Origin: Haliotis rubra
Lineage: Eukaryota
Assembly (NCBI RefSeq): GCF_003918875.1
Contig: NW_025767548.1
Coordinates: 310,001 to 374,000 of the forward strand
Direction: 5' to 3'
Length of the DNA: 64,000 bases
The notes under the pieces were generated by a model. That model did no database searches and had not been told where the DNA came from. It saw only the letters and a program-made list of their open reading frames with translations. Positions within the stretch are counted from its first letter, which is position 1. Each line of letters begins with the position of its first letter. Of this stretch, positions 1 to 13,018 are shown in pieces. Made by a program: the position numbers and the translations under genes.

Positions 1-2026
1 GAGGACCCCTTTGATATGCTCCAAAGGGTTAAGATCGGGGCTCGTAAGATATGTCAGGGGGTGCTTAACTAAGTTCTTTGTGTATATTAACTGCAATAGA
101 TTATATATACCTTCAGCTGTCGATATAAACAACTGCCCCTTTGTGTCCCGGTTTGTGGACAAAACCCGGAAGAAGTGTCTTAGCGACGCCGACTTGTTAT
201 ATGTCTGCAAAGATACAGAGTAAGTAAATATAAAGAGTAAAAGTAAATATAAAACTGATCCCATTAGCAAGTGACCTATGAAGATCCGGGTTGGTATTGT
301 TTTTCAGCAACCTGTGCTTGTCGTAAGAGGCGACTAATGTAATCGGGTGGCCAGACACACATGCCATCGCATCCGAATTGCGTAGATCGATGCCCTTATA
401 TAGCTGGAAGAATTGCCGAGTGTGGCGTTAAACAACAAACAAACAAACATCAACAATGCAGTCATTTCATAATACACCATTAACAAAATTGACAGAAGCG
501 CTTCTTAAATCACTGAGCATTAAAACATATAACGATGCTCTTTGTAATGATAAAATGTCAGGTCGCTGTACAGATGAATTTCCACGTCCTGCTTTTACAG
601 CCGTGTTTCACGACGAAATTGATTTACTAGAGCTCGTTGTTCAGTTAAAGTTGTGATGGCCAGACAATGTGATCATAAAAATGGCAAAATATCGGGGCAT
701 CTAATCCAAGGGAGGCAACTGTACAATGGAAAGACGTCGGATAACGTCTACAGCCACACCACTGTGAGGCTGACATTAAGTTGTAGAAATAAAGTTACCT
801 TAAATTAAAAATATGTAAGAACATAATGGAAAAATATAATCAAGATGGAACCCAGACCAATGGTTAATTCCAGAGCTTGTACAATCACTCTAGGCTTGAG
901 TTGGACCGCCTTATTCATGTATTCTCAAGGGTCTGCGAGACACCGTCCACAACAATACGTCATCACTAGTGTCGTATCTAGTACAGGATTTCGGCTGCAG
1001 GGTCACAGTGAGAACTGTAGTACACAGAACGGGGGATTTGAAGGACTCCACTATCAAGTACGTACTCGATCAGTACCGTATCGTACAACACACTGTAACT
1101 TAATTAACTGGCAGTGGAAAATGTTTTTAAAAACCAAATGTCTGGACGCACATTGACAAAAATTCGTTTGTGTGGTCATTCATCTGGTTGTGCTGGCAGC
1201 ATGACAGCATAAGAAAACCTCTCACGTGTAAACATTGGTGCTTTTCACAATTTCGTTTATCAGTGATAAGAATTAAGGCTGACACAGGAAGCCATGCTGT
1301 TTACATAGCTGTTCGAGAGTCACATAAACAGAACCGTGGGAAAGAAATAATGTGCTCGACCACGCTTCACAACTGCTTCGATGATGTCGTTCCATGATGT
1401 CAAGTCAAAACTAAATGTGAAGTCAGTTTCACATATGGACAAGTCAGCCCAAACCTGAATTTACAGGGAAATACACACGATGATATACTATATCTATATA
1501 GTGCCAACTGTGTTCTATTGTGTCGGTATTCTATAATCTTGAATGTCCAACGCTCGGTTATACGAGTCCGAAACGGGTTTAAACCCTCGGGCCCTCGACA
1601 AACTGGACTCGTTGAAGCTCCACTCGGCTGGCACTGGAAGGAATCCATTATGTAACCAGTTTTCGAGCACAAGCCTAACACGTGACTAAACATAACGGGC
1701 GATTGTTATCGTTCGCACTTTGCTTCTGATGAAAGTGTAGACATACATTCTATTCAACTCAGAACAACCTGTCTTCTAAAATTTCTATCATGTTACACTA
1801 ACTACATACGGCAGGATCTGGCGTTAAGTGGTTTCGTGTAAATTCAGTTAATATCACTACGCTAGCTGTTGCTACCCGACGTACCGTACACACGTGCAGC
1901 GTAATATGCCAAATGGGTGAGAGTGACTGGATTGCCCGACATCCACAACATGGTGACTTCTACATTAGCCCACTAATGTATTATATGTGTGAAATGTAGA
2001 TCTATGCTAGCGGACAACCTATCTAC

Positions 2027-5000
2027 CTGGAGCGACACGCCGTAGTGATGAAAGTTCGGCGTGACATTCTCGCTGGAAAGGATGGCGGCCAGCTGGGATG
2101 TCAGTCCTCCAAACAGCCTGCTTGTGTTGTAACCTGTAGGTAAACAAGAGGGTAGATTTACTTATACCGGTACCACTAATCGTATTTTCTGCGCATGATC
2201 GGAAGGAATATAAGCTTAGCAGGGTTAGGGTTAGACTCCTATATACAACAACCGGAAGTAGCTAAAACAATAGTACCGGTATAAGTAAAGTGCTCCCAAA
2301 GAGAACAAGCAAAAATCTGAAAATATGCTCGAACAAAATGACAATAACACCATATTTCAGCTGTACCATATGACGGCATGTAGTCATCTCTGCAGTAATT
2401 GCCTACCTGGGTGTAGGATGAGGGGTAGGCTGACGTTGTAGGCCACTGACGAGTGCAGGTAATCGTGGCCTGTACTCAGGTACGTCAGCAACTGGAACCC
2501 CTCACACGTGCCCCACAGGGGGAACACCTCGCCCTCCGAGTTGGCCTATAATACACACAGGAATTAGGGCGAGTGACGTAGTGAATTTATTTACAAGTCA
2601 TCGGTCAATGTAGATTCCATCTATATCACGTTCCACTGAATAATATATAAATTGGACTCGGGCCCTATACAACATTAAACTCAATCACTCACTCACTCCA
2701 TGTCGTACCTGGGACATAAATACTGAAATGTGAACATACCTTAACAGCCAAGTCATAGATGATTCTGGCAGCCTTGGAGTAGTCACTGGTGCGGATGCCA
2801 CCATGGCCCCCAGGAAACAGAACCCTGGTACATGAAGTAAACAACATGGCGTAAGGGGATCTGAGGTGCCATGTTTACGATAAAAATATACATTCGGCTA
2901 TCGACCATCAACATGCAATTCCTGCTCTGGTTACGAGGTAACCAAGTCACTCGAACGTTTATTATGGTACGGTAGACGCCACAACACCGACTCAAAGTAG
3001 GAACCAACCACACAAAAATATATACTACGTCTATAACGAACTGATGGATATAACGTACTGATGGATATACGAACTGGCGGATATAACGAACTGACGGTTA
3101 TAACGAACTGGCGGATATAACGAACTGACGGCTAAAACGAACTGACAGATATAACGAACTGGCGGATATAACGAACTGACGGATATAACGAACTGATGGA
3201 TATAACGAACTGGCGGATATAACGAACTGACGGTTATAACGAACTGGCGGATATAACGAACTGATGGATATAATGAACTGGCGGATATAACGAACTGGCG
3301 GATATAACGAACTGACGGATATAACGAACTGATGGATATAACGAACTTGCGGATATAACGAACTGACGAATATAACGAACTATTACTTTTATTCCCACCC
3401 TTTTGCTGTATATTTCAGTGTAACTAACGAACTACGGCCATAACGATGTAAAATTAGTGGTCCCTTTGAGTTCGTTACAACCGTAGTGTCCTCAGTTAAC
3501 GAAAACTACAACATATTTGTAACGACAAGACGGGCACAGGACAGCGCTAGAGACCAAAATCTTTCTCTTCATTTGCATGTTATGCTTGTTCGTTCGTTGT
3601 TTAACGCTGCACTCAGCAATATTCAAGCTATTTGGCGGCGGTCTGTAAATATTCAATCGAATCGGGACCACACAAACTACACATTTGGGATACGATGACA
3701 TGTGTCAACAAAGTCAGCGAGCCTGACCACCGGATCCCAGTAGTCGCCTCTTACGACAAGCATGGGTTGCTGAAGACCAATTCTGACCTGGATCTTCACT
3801 GGTTACATATGCATGCGTTGTGATGGGCAACGGGTACAGAATCACAAGAGTGACACTCAGAAACAATCGGGGGTGCCGTCAACAAAACGATGACCTACCC
3901 ATTGATCTTGGAGAAGAGCTGTTCATAGTACTGTGGGGTTTCTCGCACACTGAAAACAGATTTATTCAGATACTCAGATACTTCAGATATTACAGGTGAC
4001 ACTCTAATACAAGGGAATGTATACGGTCATGTCTCAGGCAAATGATCCCTACAAGAAACGGTTATTGTATGGTGATGTATTTGAGGCGGGTATCACAGTC
4101 TGTAGTACATGCATTATATAAAGGGTATATCCCGACAAGTTAAGTGTACATGGAGGGACGCAGATTCATTGTAGCACTAATCAGCACAACGGTTTGATTT
4201 GTTTGCTGTTTAACGCCACTCTCAGCATTATTCCAGCTGTATGACGGCAGCCTACAGCATGTCTGGACCAGACAATCCAGTGATTGACGTCATGAGTATG
4301 TCACGCGTTTGGGAAACGACGACATGCATCAACCAAGTCGACCAGCCTGACCAGACAATCTCGTTAGTCGTCTCTTTGAACAAGCGTGTGTTGCTGAAGA
4401 CCAATTTATCCCTCACGGGTCAACAAGCACAGAGACGGTGAAGTGATTAGGGATTAAAATCAACCGATCGTGGCACGCCTAAGGGCCACAACTCTACAAA
4501 GAGAATATCAGCACCTTTATCAACAGGGTTCCGCATGTAGTTACAGCCAAGCAAATGTATTCAGTGAGAATTACTATGGTGGCACGTCCAACCCGGTGAA
4601 TTGAATGTTTGCTCACCGGATGGGCACGACCCTCGCCCCAGACTGTTCTAAGTACTTGACATAGTTGGCTGATATAAGGGTGTCTCCATGTCGCTTGCTG
4701 CTGGCGGCCTGGGTAATCACCCCCTGTCAAATACACCATCTTATACTGCTAGGCGTATTTTCAACTAGTGTAAGTCCAGATTCCGTTACTGCACATCTTA
4801 CATTTTCGTCATACTGTTTATATACTATTCCAAAAAAAAAAGAAACGCATAACACAGAAATCTAGAAAAGTATAATACTTTATGGATAATGCCAATCAAA
4901 CAGAACACAGAAATCTGTTGCGAAAATGTGTTTTCAAACATGTATAACTCGTACACAAATAGACTTTAGTACATGAATTTTTGCATCAGTTTAGAAGAAG

Positions 5001-7790
5001 GAAATGTCTATACAACCAAGTGGATAATTTTATATAACGGAGATGTTGAGCGCCATGGTGACGACGTAGCACGGGCTCGACGTCGGATCTCCTGGCTCTC
5101 AGTCCAATCTCTCTGAACCTGTTCCGTACAGTTTGACCGGATATCCTCCGAAGTCCAGGCACCCTGGCTGCTGTGCTCTCACCCGTGGCAGTACGATCAG
5201 GCAAATGTAGTACCCGGATGTACCGATCTTGGGCTACAGTGGTGACTCGAGGTCTGCCTGTACGGGGACGGTCATTTATTATGCCTGTTTGGTTGTAAAG
5301 AGCTGTAAGCCGTGATATCGTGCTCAGACTAACATTCAGGCGCCTGGTAACAGAAGATTGGTAATCTCCAGCGTGCATTCTTTCAATGGCGATGTTCGGT
5401 GTCGCAACGTCAAGACGTGGCGTAATGATTTGACCTTGAAACTCCTTCAAAACTAATGCCGATTTCCGAAAGTAATCTGGATTTTTATAGCCAGACAGTG
5501 CACTCTCTCTGCTGAACAATTTCAACTGGAAGGTGATTTCTGTTGCGTTGTGGTGATGCCTTTTTAATCCTTGTAAGAAATCTCATCAAAATCAACATTT
5601 CAGGTAAAGTCGGTTTTCTCACTTGTGCAATTGTGTAAAATCATGTGATCAACACTTTTGTAACATATTTTGACGATTGTTTGAACACAATAGGTAATTA
5701 AAAAAATTGGTCCAAACATATGATCATACTAAAAGCATACTGGAATACACATGTAAAGCACGTGGTTCAGACAATATCCCAAGAAAAATGGGTGGCATGT
5801 TCATGTGCTGCGAAGGCGCCATGTAGAATATTTATAACGTGCTTTTCCAGGCTTCATATCCTGCTCAAAGCGCACAAATATTACCTGATTATTATTACCC
5901 CGGATAACCAAAGCTGCCTGTGAAGCGCTAGAAAGTTAATAGTCACATGACCAATCCCACCGGGTACCCATTCTCTCCTGGGTGAGCAAAGGCTATGGTG
6001 AGACCACGTGTATCACATGTGCTTCGTTGTGGTGCAGGACTGAAGTCCTTGAAACTGTCAGGAGTCAAGCTGCCAAACACGGTCACCCATCCCAAGGGCT
6101 CTACGCGCAAGGTTGCTCAAGTTCAACTGATTTGTGACCTGAGCTCTACGCACAGGTGGACACATCACCGTTGTGCAGTTGTGCTACAGTTTGCTGAACT
6201 GAATTAACAGACTACATTACTAAACATTTACTTTTCTTGACATGATGAAAATCTCGACTTGAGGACATGGCGTTGGGTTCATTGGTCTGGTGAAAGTCGC
6301 TATATTTAACACGGTGCCCCGACGGTAATGTGATAGTGTGGGCTGCGTTTCGTATGGATATGTTTACAATGCCAGGGACATTCAAGGGTCAACGTTACCG
6401 ATCGGAAGTATTGGATACTGCCGTCATGTCACATTGTGATAACAATTCTCTTGCTTGTCATCCGATATTCATGAATGACAACGAGGAATGATGACATTTT
6501 TTATGGATATACAACTTCTTTTATTTTGTGTACCAGGGGTGGATACAGCTTTTTGAGAAAGGGGTGGGGGGATGCACACTATTGAGAAAAGGAGGGGTGC
6601 ACACTTCAATTTCACCCGAGTTTCAATGGTCATTTAACAAACTTTCAGCACAAAGGGTGCGCACCTTCTGGATCCGCCTATGTGTACATCCTTAAAAACT
6701 GTCATCGTTCTTCATCTACTCAACTTCTAAAGTGCCCATCAAAGAAATGAATGACAACGCCAGACCACGCACGCCGCCGCGGCCATTTGCACAACAACGC
6801 CACCGAAACATTAACATGACACGCAAGGAGATGAAATGAACACCATCGAACATCTTATTACAGTCTTGAACGCCAAGTTCGAGCTAAAGATGCCCCTGTT
6901 CAAAATGTGCAGGAACATACACTCTATGGGGAATGGCAGAGGATTCCTTTGCTGAGAGTTCCACCCTTGATTTACAGTATGAGGAGACTGGGCCACCCTT
7001 GCCCCAAAACAGCCTTGCTAAAAATGCCTCTCAACATTAGTGTAGGGAATTGGTTAAAATCTCATAATTGATGATTGGTTCATTACAACCGATCGATCAT
7101 CGAAAATAATTGGTTAGCGTCATTTATGAAATTTGTTAATGCACATAAACATAAGGAAAAAAACGTAGTTCTTTTGGGGCTTTTTGGCAAATTTCACATC
7201 TTTAAAGGATGACTAGTATGTTAGGAACATAAATTTCTTGGAGCCTTTAAGATAAATTCAATCATGACTTGAAACGAGCTTGTAGTCCTTACAAAATGTA
7301 ACAGACAAAACCAACAATGTGAAAAATATTGTTCATGAAAACAAGTGTTCCAAAATTGGTTGTGTTCGATTATGAGAAATTATGATCGATTGCTTGGTCG
7401 TTTAGTCACTACGACCAATCTTCGATTATTTCAATTAATCGGACCACCACTACTCCACATTGCTACACTACAACGTTGCAAGAGATAGCTAAATGTACAT
7501 AATGAACGCCACAACTTTGGATAAGGATGACACGTAGATATATGGAATGACGGACAGAGTGACTGCGACAGACTAATACAGGAATCATGTGGTTTGAATT
7601 TTCTATTTCACACGTACGCACCAAATACATGTTATCATTATCGGTTCTGGATTTGTAAAGTACAGCTACATGTAGACCTACCGTTTTAATGAGTGGTATG
7701 CTTACCAATGACCGGTCTGTCTGTACAAACGGTTGCTCCAACAACGACCAAAGCTGCCCCGCCACACAACACCATCAACCACCACGACAT
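2027..7790 (-). CDS. GGH: Gamma-glutamyl hydrolase paralogue A (exons 1-6; remainder off the left edge; possible frameshift/pseudogene)
   Basis: Exons 7790-7706 (MSWWLMVLCGGAALVVVGATVCTDRPVIG, signal peptide), 4723-4617 ([34 protein letters not shown]), 3949-3899 (VRETPQYYEQLFSKING), 2824-2740 (VLFPGGHGG..IIYDLAVK), 2545-2407 (ANSEGEVFPLWGTCEGFQLL, catalytic Cys) and 2133-2027 (..[15 protein letters not shown]). All introns GT-AG. The exon1/exon2 junction carries one extra G. Confidence 0.9.
3031..3382. repeat. 17-bp minisatellite (GGATATAACGAACTGRC) in GGH-A intron 3
   Basis: About 20 tandem units seen directly, probably within a MITE. Confidence 0.9.
4821..5720 (-). mobile_element. Tc1/mariner transposon remnant (N-terminal HTH) in GGH-A intron 1
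   Basis: ORF 4986-5525: LNVSLSTISRL..DRPRTGRPRVTTVAQDRYIR..ISGQTVRNR..GLRARR. TA-initiated TIR-like end at 4821. Right boundary uncertain. Confidence 0.85.
6180..6850 (+). mobile_element. Decayed Tc1 transposase (DDE region) interrupted by nested insertions
   Basis: Degenerate ESR and (D)DNARP motifs. ATGAATGACAACG is duplicated at about 6471 and 6748 around a 264-bp insert. Confidence 0.6.
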
Positions 7791-7971
7791 CCTCAATTGC
7801 ATCCTCCCTGCACACTGAAACACTGGTTCCGAAACAGAAACACCACGTGACCACGTCATATCAGGAGGATGGTGAGTTGGTCAAGGACATCCGTATCCCG
7901 ACAACAGATATATGTCTTGATCTGTTTGACTGGCATTTAGAAGTTGGTGACTAATAAGAAAGTAAGATTGT

Positions 7972-8045
7972 TTATGGATAACAACTTCTTTTATTATATA
8001 TGATACGACGTTTCGGTATGGATTCTTATACCGTTGTCAAGTAAG
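7972..8045 (-). ncRNA. Penelope-like terminus with minimal type I hammerhead ribozyme motif (U3-A8 variant)
   Basis: Minus strand reads TAC-TTGACAA-C-GGTAT-aagaatcc-ATACC-GAAAC-GTC-GTA, followed by AATAAAAGAAGTTG. Confidence 0.6.
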
Positions 8046-8249
8046 AGTGAAGTACTACAGCACAGAACAGACTTATATACATGAACAGGGATTAAGTAAT
8101 AACAACATGTAGGTATCCTACTTTCAGATATACGTCTTGATCGTATGCGAGTGTCTAGAGGGCATTGGCGTCTGACACTATTTCTAGGAGAAAATATATC
8201 TATGTCACGACCTACCAATTGCAAATAATACATATCCACGGGAACATGG

Positions 8250-8920
8250 CGAGATATGTTTGAGTGTATGAACAGGTATAGGAACATGACACGAGGTGTT
8301 TGAATGTATGAACAGGAACGTGACGTGAGGTATTTGAGTATGTTGGCATTAATAGGAACGTGACACGAGGTGTTTGAATGTATGAATAGGAACGTGACAC
8401 GAGGTGTTTGAATCTATGAATAGGAACGTGACACGAGGTGTTTGAATGTATGAATAGGAACGTGACACGAGGTGTTTGAATGTATGAATAGGAACGTGAC
8501 ACGAGGTGTTTGAATGTATGAATAGGAACGTGACACGAGGTGTTTGAATCTATGAATAGGAACGTGACACGAGGTGTTTGAATGTATGAATAGGAACGTG
8601 ACACGAGTTGTTTGAATCTATGAATAGGAACGTGACACGAGGTGTTTGAATCTATGAATAGGAACGTGACACGAGGTGTTTGAATGTATGAATAGGAAAG
8701 TGACACGAGGTGTTTGAATGTATGAATAGGAACGTGACACGAGGTGTTTGAATGTATGAATAGGAACGTGACGTGAGGTGTTTGAGCGCATGAAATGAAA
8801 TAGGAACGTGACAGGAGGCGTTTGAGCGTATGAAATGAAATAAGAACGTGACACGAGGCGTTTGAGTGCATAAAATGACATAGGAACGTGACGCGAGGTG
8901 TTTGAGTGTATAAAATGCTT
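8250..8920. repeat. 29-bp minisatellite (GAATAGGAACGTGACACGAGGTGTTTGAATSTAT-like)
   Basis: Tandem units seen directly; explains ORFs 8212-8871 and 8618-8947. Unit length is approximate (29-34 bp). Confidence 0.9.
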
Positions 8921-9025
8921 CATTGTCAAAACATTGTCATATTTCAAGAATATTTTCCGATATTAAGAATGAGGTACAAAATCGGCTTCAACATATGACG
9001 TCCATATCTTCGTTGATTTGAATGT

Positions 9026-10898
9026 CTAATGTTTCTTCTTGTTACAGCAGCATGTCAACACGTCTCCCTCTGCACACGCTACGTCCTGAGAGAGTTTGGG
9101 ATACTTCCTGGACAAAGCTGCCACCATAGCGTCAGTACATTTGGAATCATTTCCCGCCATCCCTTTAAGCAGACGACACCATCCCACTTCAGAAATGTCA
9201 TTTCTCCATATTGTTTCGTATGTACAAGAATCAATGCAGTTCTGTTGGTACAAGTGATCCACGATGTCACGAACATCGACGATGTCTGTGAGGTTACAGA
9301 CAACACACTTTTCTCTTATCTTCGTCTCCTCTTTGTCCTCGGTAGACGGCCGACAATTCAAGTGAGGGTATTCCGCTATCAAATGGTTCTTGAACTTCAT
9401 GAACTGGTCAGAATCACATCGTTTAATTCTGGACACAAGCTCCCTGACCTGGCACTTTCTTGTGGAGTGGGACCGAATGGTATCTTCGTCAGACTGAAAC
9501 AACACATCGTCTTGAACAAGTCTGTCGATGAATAGTCCATTTTTCAGATCCAAATTGTTGACTAACATCAAATGATTATGGCGAAGCCATGATCTATTTT
9601 CTTTTTGGTGAACTGTGTCTGGTACACCTACAAAACAAACCAGTAATAGCATCAGTCCAAAATGTCCCATGACAAGTAATTGTGTTGATCTAAGATACGT
9701 GTAACTTTGACAACCGAATCATGTATGAAAGTTAATTAGCGAAGCGTATAATTGTACATTATTTTCGAGGAAGGAAGTTGAGAATATCTTAATATAGCTA
9801 TAACTTTAGTAAATTCGTTGTTACAATCATACGTGTAACATTCAGAACCTGAAACATTTATGAAAGTTAATTAGCGAAACGTAATTCTACATTTCTTTTG
9901 AGGAAGGAAGTACAGAACTGCCCCAATGTAGCTATAATATATATACAGAGCCAACTACACACTCATCAAGTGTTGTTTCGTATTAGGTTACGCGTTGCGG
10001 TGATGCCTTCCTGTAGAATGTGTGAAAGATGCAACTTGTATGTAGTGTAAGAAATAAAACAAATCACACCTGCTTTTGTTTTGACAATGTCGTCGGCAAC
10101 GTCGTCCTGTGCGTCAGATGAAGATAACGTTTCCGACTCCCTGAACGTATCACGTACCAGCTCAGCCTCCATGCACCGCGTCTGAACGTGGTCCAACACC
10201 GCCGACAGACCATGGAGCCGACAATCCAAAGACCGCACCTGATCGTCTGTATACGACCTGCAGTCAGACTGGTGACTCGACAACGCCTCGTTAATGATCA
10301 CGGAAGTCTTTCCTTGAGCATCTTTCAACATGCGAATTTCGTCAAAAAGGACGTTTTGGGAAGTTAGCACGACTGTGAGTAATTGTTTTATTTCCTTTAT
10401 GTCAGTATAGTGGTCACAGGGGCTGGCTAGTGCTCCAGCTTCAGTGGTATCTTCACCATGATTGTACAGACATCCTGGCTCATTTCCATCACGAAGAACT
10501 GGCTGCGTCACTATTCCCCGATGTACTGAGTGAGTCATAGGTGACACGCCCGCGTTTCCCGTCAACTGATTCTGCTGCTGATCAGCCTGTGTTGGAGGAC
10601 ATACTTCCCCGCATTCGTCCACCTGCTCCTCCTGTGCTGCCTTCTTGCAGTCCTTCTGTCCGGCGTCTTCCTGTGCTCTATCGTGTTTATCATTACCTCC
10701 AACACTATGTTTGGTTGCGTCACTGTCTGTTCCCTCACGTTCTGAATCATCTTGCAACCATTCCCCGTCACCATGACGCGAAATACGGGATGGCGCCAGT
10801 TCTTGTGCAACATCGATCTGTCCTGGATTAAATGCTGGCTGGCGTTGTTTGGACGGTGTCAAGGAAGGCTCCGGGGCTTTCTTCGCTTGTGACGCCAT
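9026..10898 (-). CDS. Tandem CARD/death-fold domain protein with a disordered and coiled-coil N-terminus
   Basis: Exon 10898-10070 (MASQAKKAPE..KTKAG; ATG directly follows a pyrimidine-rich cag acceptor, so an upstream exon is likely) joins in phase 1 to exon 9627-9026. The last exon has two CARD-like helical units: LRHNHLMLVNNLDL..IDRLVQDDVL..DEDTIRSHSTRKCQVRELVSRIKR and LTDIVDVRDIVDHLYQQNCID..YETIW..RLLKGM..AMVAAL. Domain call is by motif recognition only. Confidence 0.7.
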
Positions 10899-11020
10899 CT
10901 GATCCACAAACAAGAATGAACGTTTATGTTTACATTTTCAACTATATTAAACAAATATACCATATATATATGTATATGTTATGGTATTCGCCCATATAAT
11001 ATTGTACTACCCATTTTAAA

Positions 11021-11437
11021 TATACTACCCATCAAAAGTTTAGACTCACTAGTATAAATGTATCCGCTTACTTCAGTCAACTGTTCTAGACTAGATTGTG
11101 CAAAATATTCCATACTGTTTATAGGTACTGTTTACACATGAACTGATGCATTGTAAAACAAATTCGTAACGTTGAAAAGATTATTTTCAATAAATGATGA
11201 AACTCGGTGAAAATTGGCAAATTCTTAACAAAACTTTACACCAAAACGCAGCTGTTCACATGTACGATATTTGCACATGCTTTTCAGCAATTTGATGCAT
11301 GATCCTCGTGCAAATCATCTGCATAAGGTCTGCAGTTGGTTCCCCCAAGTTAGTGGAGAAATTCATCTTCGATGTAACCACATGTATATACATAACATAG
11401 CATTTAAGTGAGTCTAAACTTTTGATGGGTAGTATAT
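11021..11437. mobile_element. Tc1-type MITE
   Basis: 30-bp TIRs TATACTACCCATCAAAAGTTTAGACTCACT and its reverse complement, TA-flanked. Confidence 0.85.
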
Positions 11438-11479
11438 AAATCACTTCTCCAAATTTAACAATCCTTGAGGGATAAACAA

Positions 11480-11930
11480 TTCTCACGCCCCGCCAAACAA
11501 ATGTTGAACGTGGCATGCTAGCCAGTCTACTGTGCCATGAGATGGAGTAGACGAACGTGCTTCAAATGGGTTCGACTCTGATCGCCCCAGATCAGGATTG
11601 CCATATTCATATTCGGCTACGTTATTTGCGTGATGGTTTTACGATCTCAACGTCAACCAGTAACGCACTGTATGGGATCGAGTGACTGCCCCAACCACAC
11701 GAAACCCCTTGCGCGCTGCTCATCTGCATGCCAAGACGTCCTCATGTTGGGTCGAGTCTGGCACAGCTAAACCGTAATGAACGTCTACGCTAGGCGCAAT
11801 TGCTCTTGCAGATGGGTATAATTCCTGCAAAATGCGGGTAATGACGTCATGGGGTGGCCATCACCTGGCCTCATTCCCATCGTATGGAATGCTCTTCATG
11901 CCTTGAGACGTCAACCCCAGAATGTTCAAG
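11480..11930 (+). mobile_element. Decayed Tc1-like transposase fragment
   Basis: Degenerate similarity to the HTH region and late DDE region of Tc1 transposases; no intact frame. Confidence 0.4.
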
Positions 11931-13018
11931 AGCTGGGTCTCCTTTCACAAAACACTAAGGTGATCGTAAGTCACTAAGGTAACCATAGTGCAATGTTAAA
12001 GAATGGGAGTTAAGGTTAACCTTAATAAAGGTTGCTTCGTGAAAGGAGCCCTGGGCGCCATGATGGTACAGCAATGGCGCATGTTGCCCAATGCTGTGAA
12101 TGCGAGAGAGGGCATACGCGATATAAGCTCCAATACAGATGGCTGGTCCCTGTGAAATCAGCGCACCTTAACACCTCATCATGTTTTATTGTATGCTCAT
12201 AAACCAAATTTATGCACTAGCAACACATCTTGTCTATAATGATATGTTTGGGACATAAATTAATACATATGAAGTTTCTTTTTTGCTTAGTATATTACTG
12301 ATGTAGAAAGGGAATTGGCCATGAAACGGAACTAACTTGTTCTATACAATACAAAGTGAACGGAACCGAAATGTGCTCGCAACAACCGGTAATGGACCTA
12401 CCAGTGGATATTCTTCGGGATGGGGGATGGTTGAGGTTGTGATTTTACATGGCTAAATATTTATTAATTTAAAGTGAATAATACCTAAACCTATAATATT
12501 TTATATACCTATAATAATTTAGTTTTTGTGGCCGATATTTACTTATATAACATACAACAATAATTTATTTATTTGTGGCCGACATTTTCCTATTGTGTAA
12601 ATAAAACGTAATTTCTTTTCAGCATTTTCTGTCACAATGTTTTTTCGATAACATCCCACTCTGCACTGAGCAATATGTACCTATACGACTGCAATCAGAA
12701 AATAATGGAGTTTTGACCAGACCAGTGACTGACATCATGAGCATCTATCTATGCAACGATAACAAGCATCAACCAAGTTAAGCTGGGCCCCGTCTCGCAT
12801 ATCGCAATATAAATTTGTAAATTTATAGCTTTGTCGAACGTTAGCGCGCGCAAAGGGAGCCGGGAACCAGCTTACAACCAAGTCAGCGAGCATGGCAACC
12901 CAATACTGATACACTCCCCTGGTCTCTGTGATGATGTAACAACGGACAGGACCAGATGTTAGTCACTGATTAACCAAACTTGGGCTAAAACTAACGAGAA
13001 ACCCACTTTATCTGCGTA

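Noticed and set aside
1-2026. GGH-A exons 7-9
   Set aside because: No FVST.E or QWHPE exon recognised here; they are presumably beyond the window edge.
8212-8947. 219-aa and 109-aa repeat ORFs
   Set aside because: Translations of a minisatellite.
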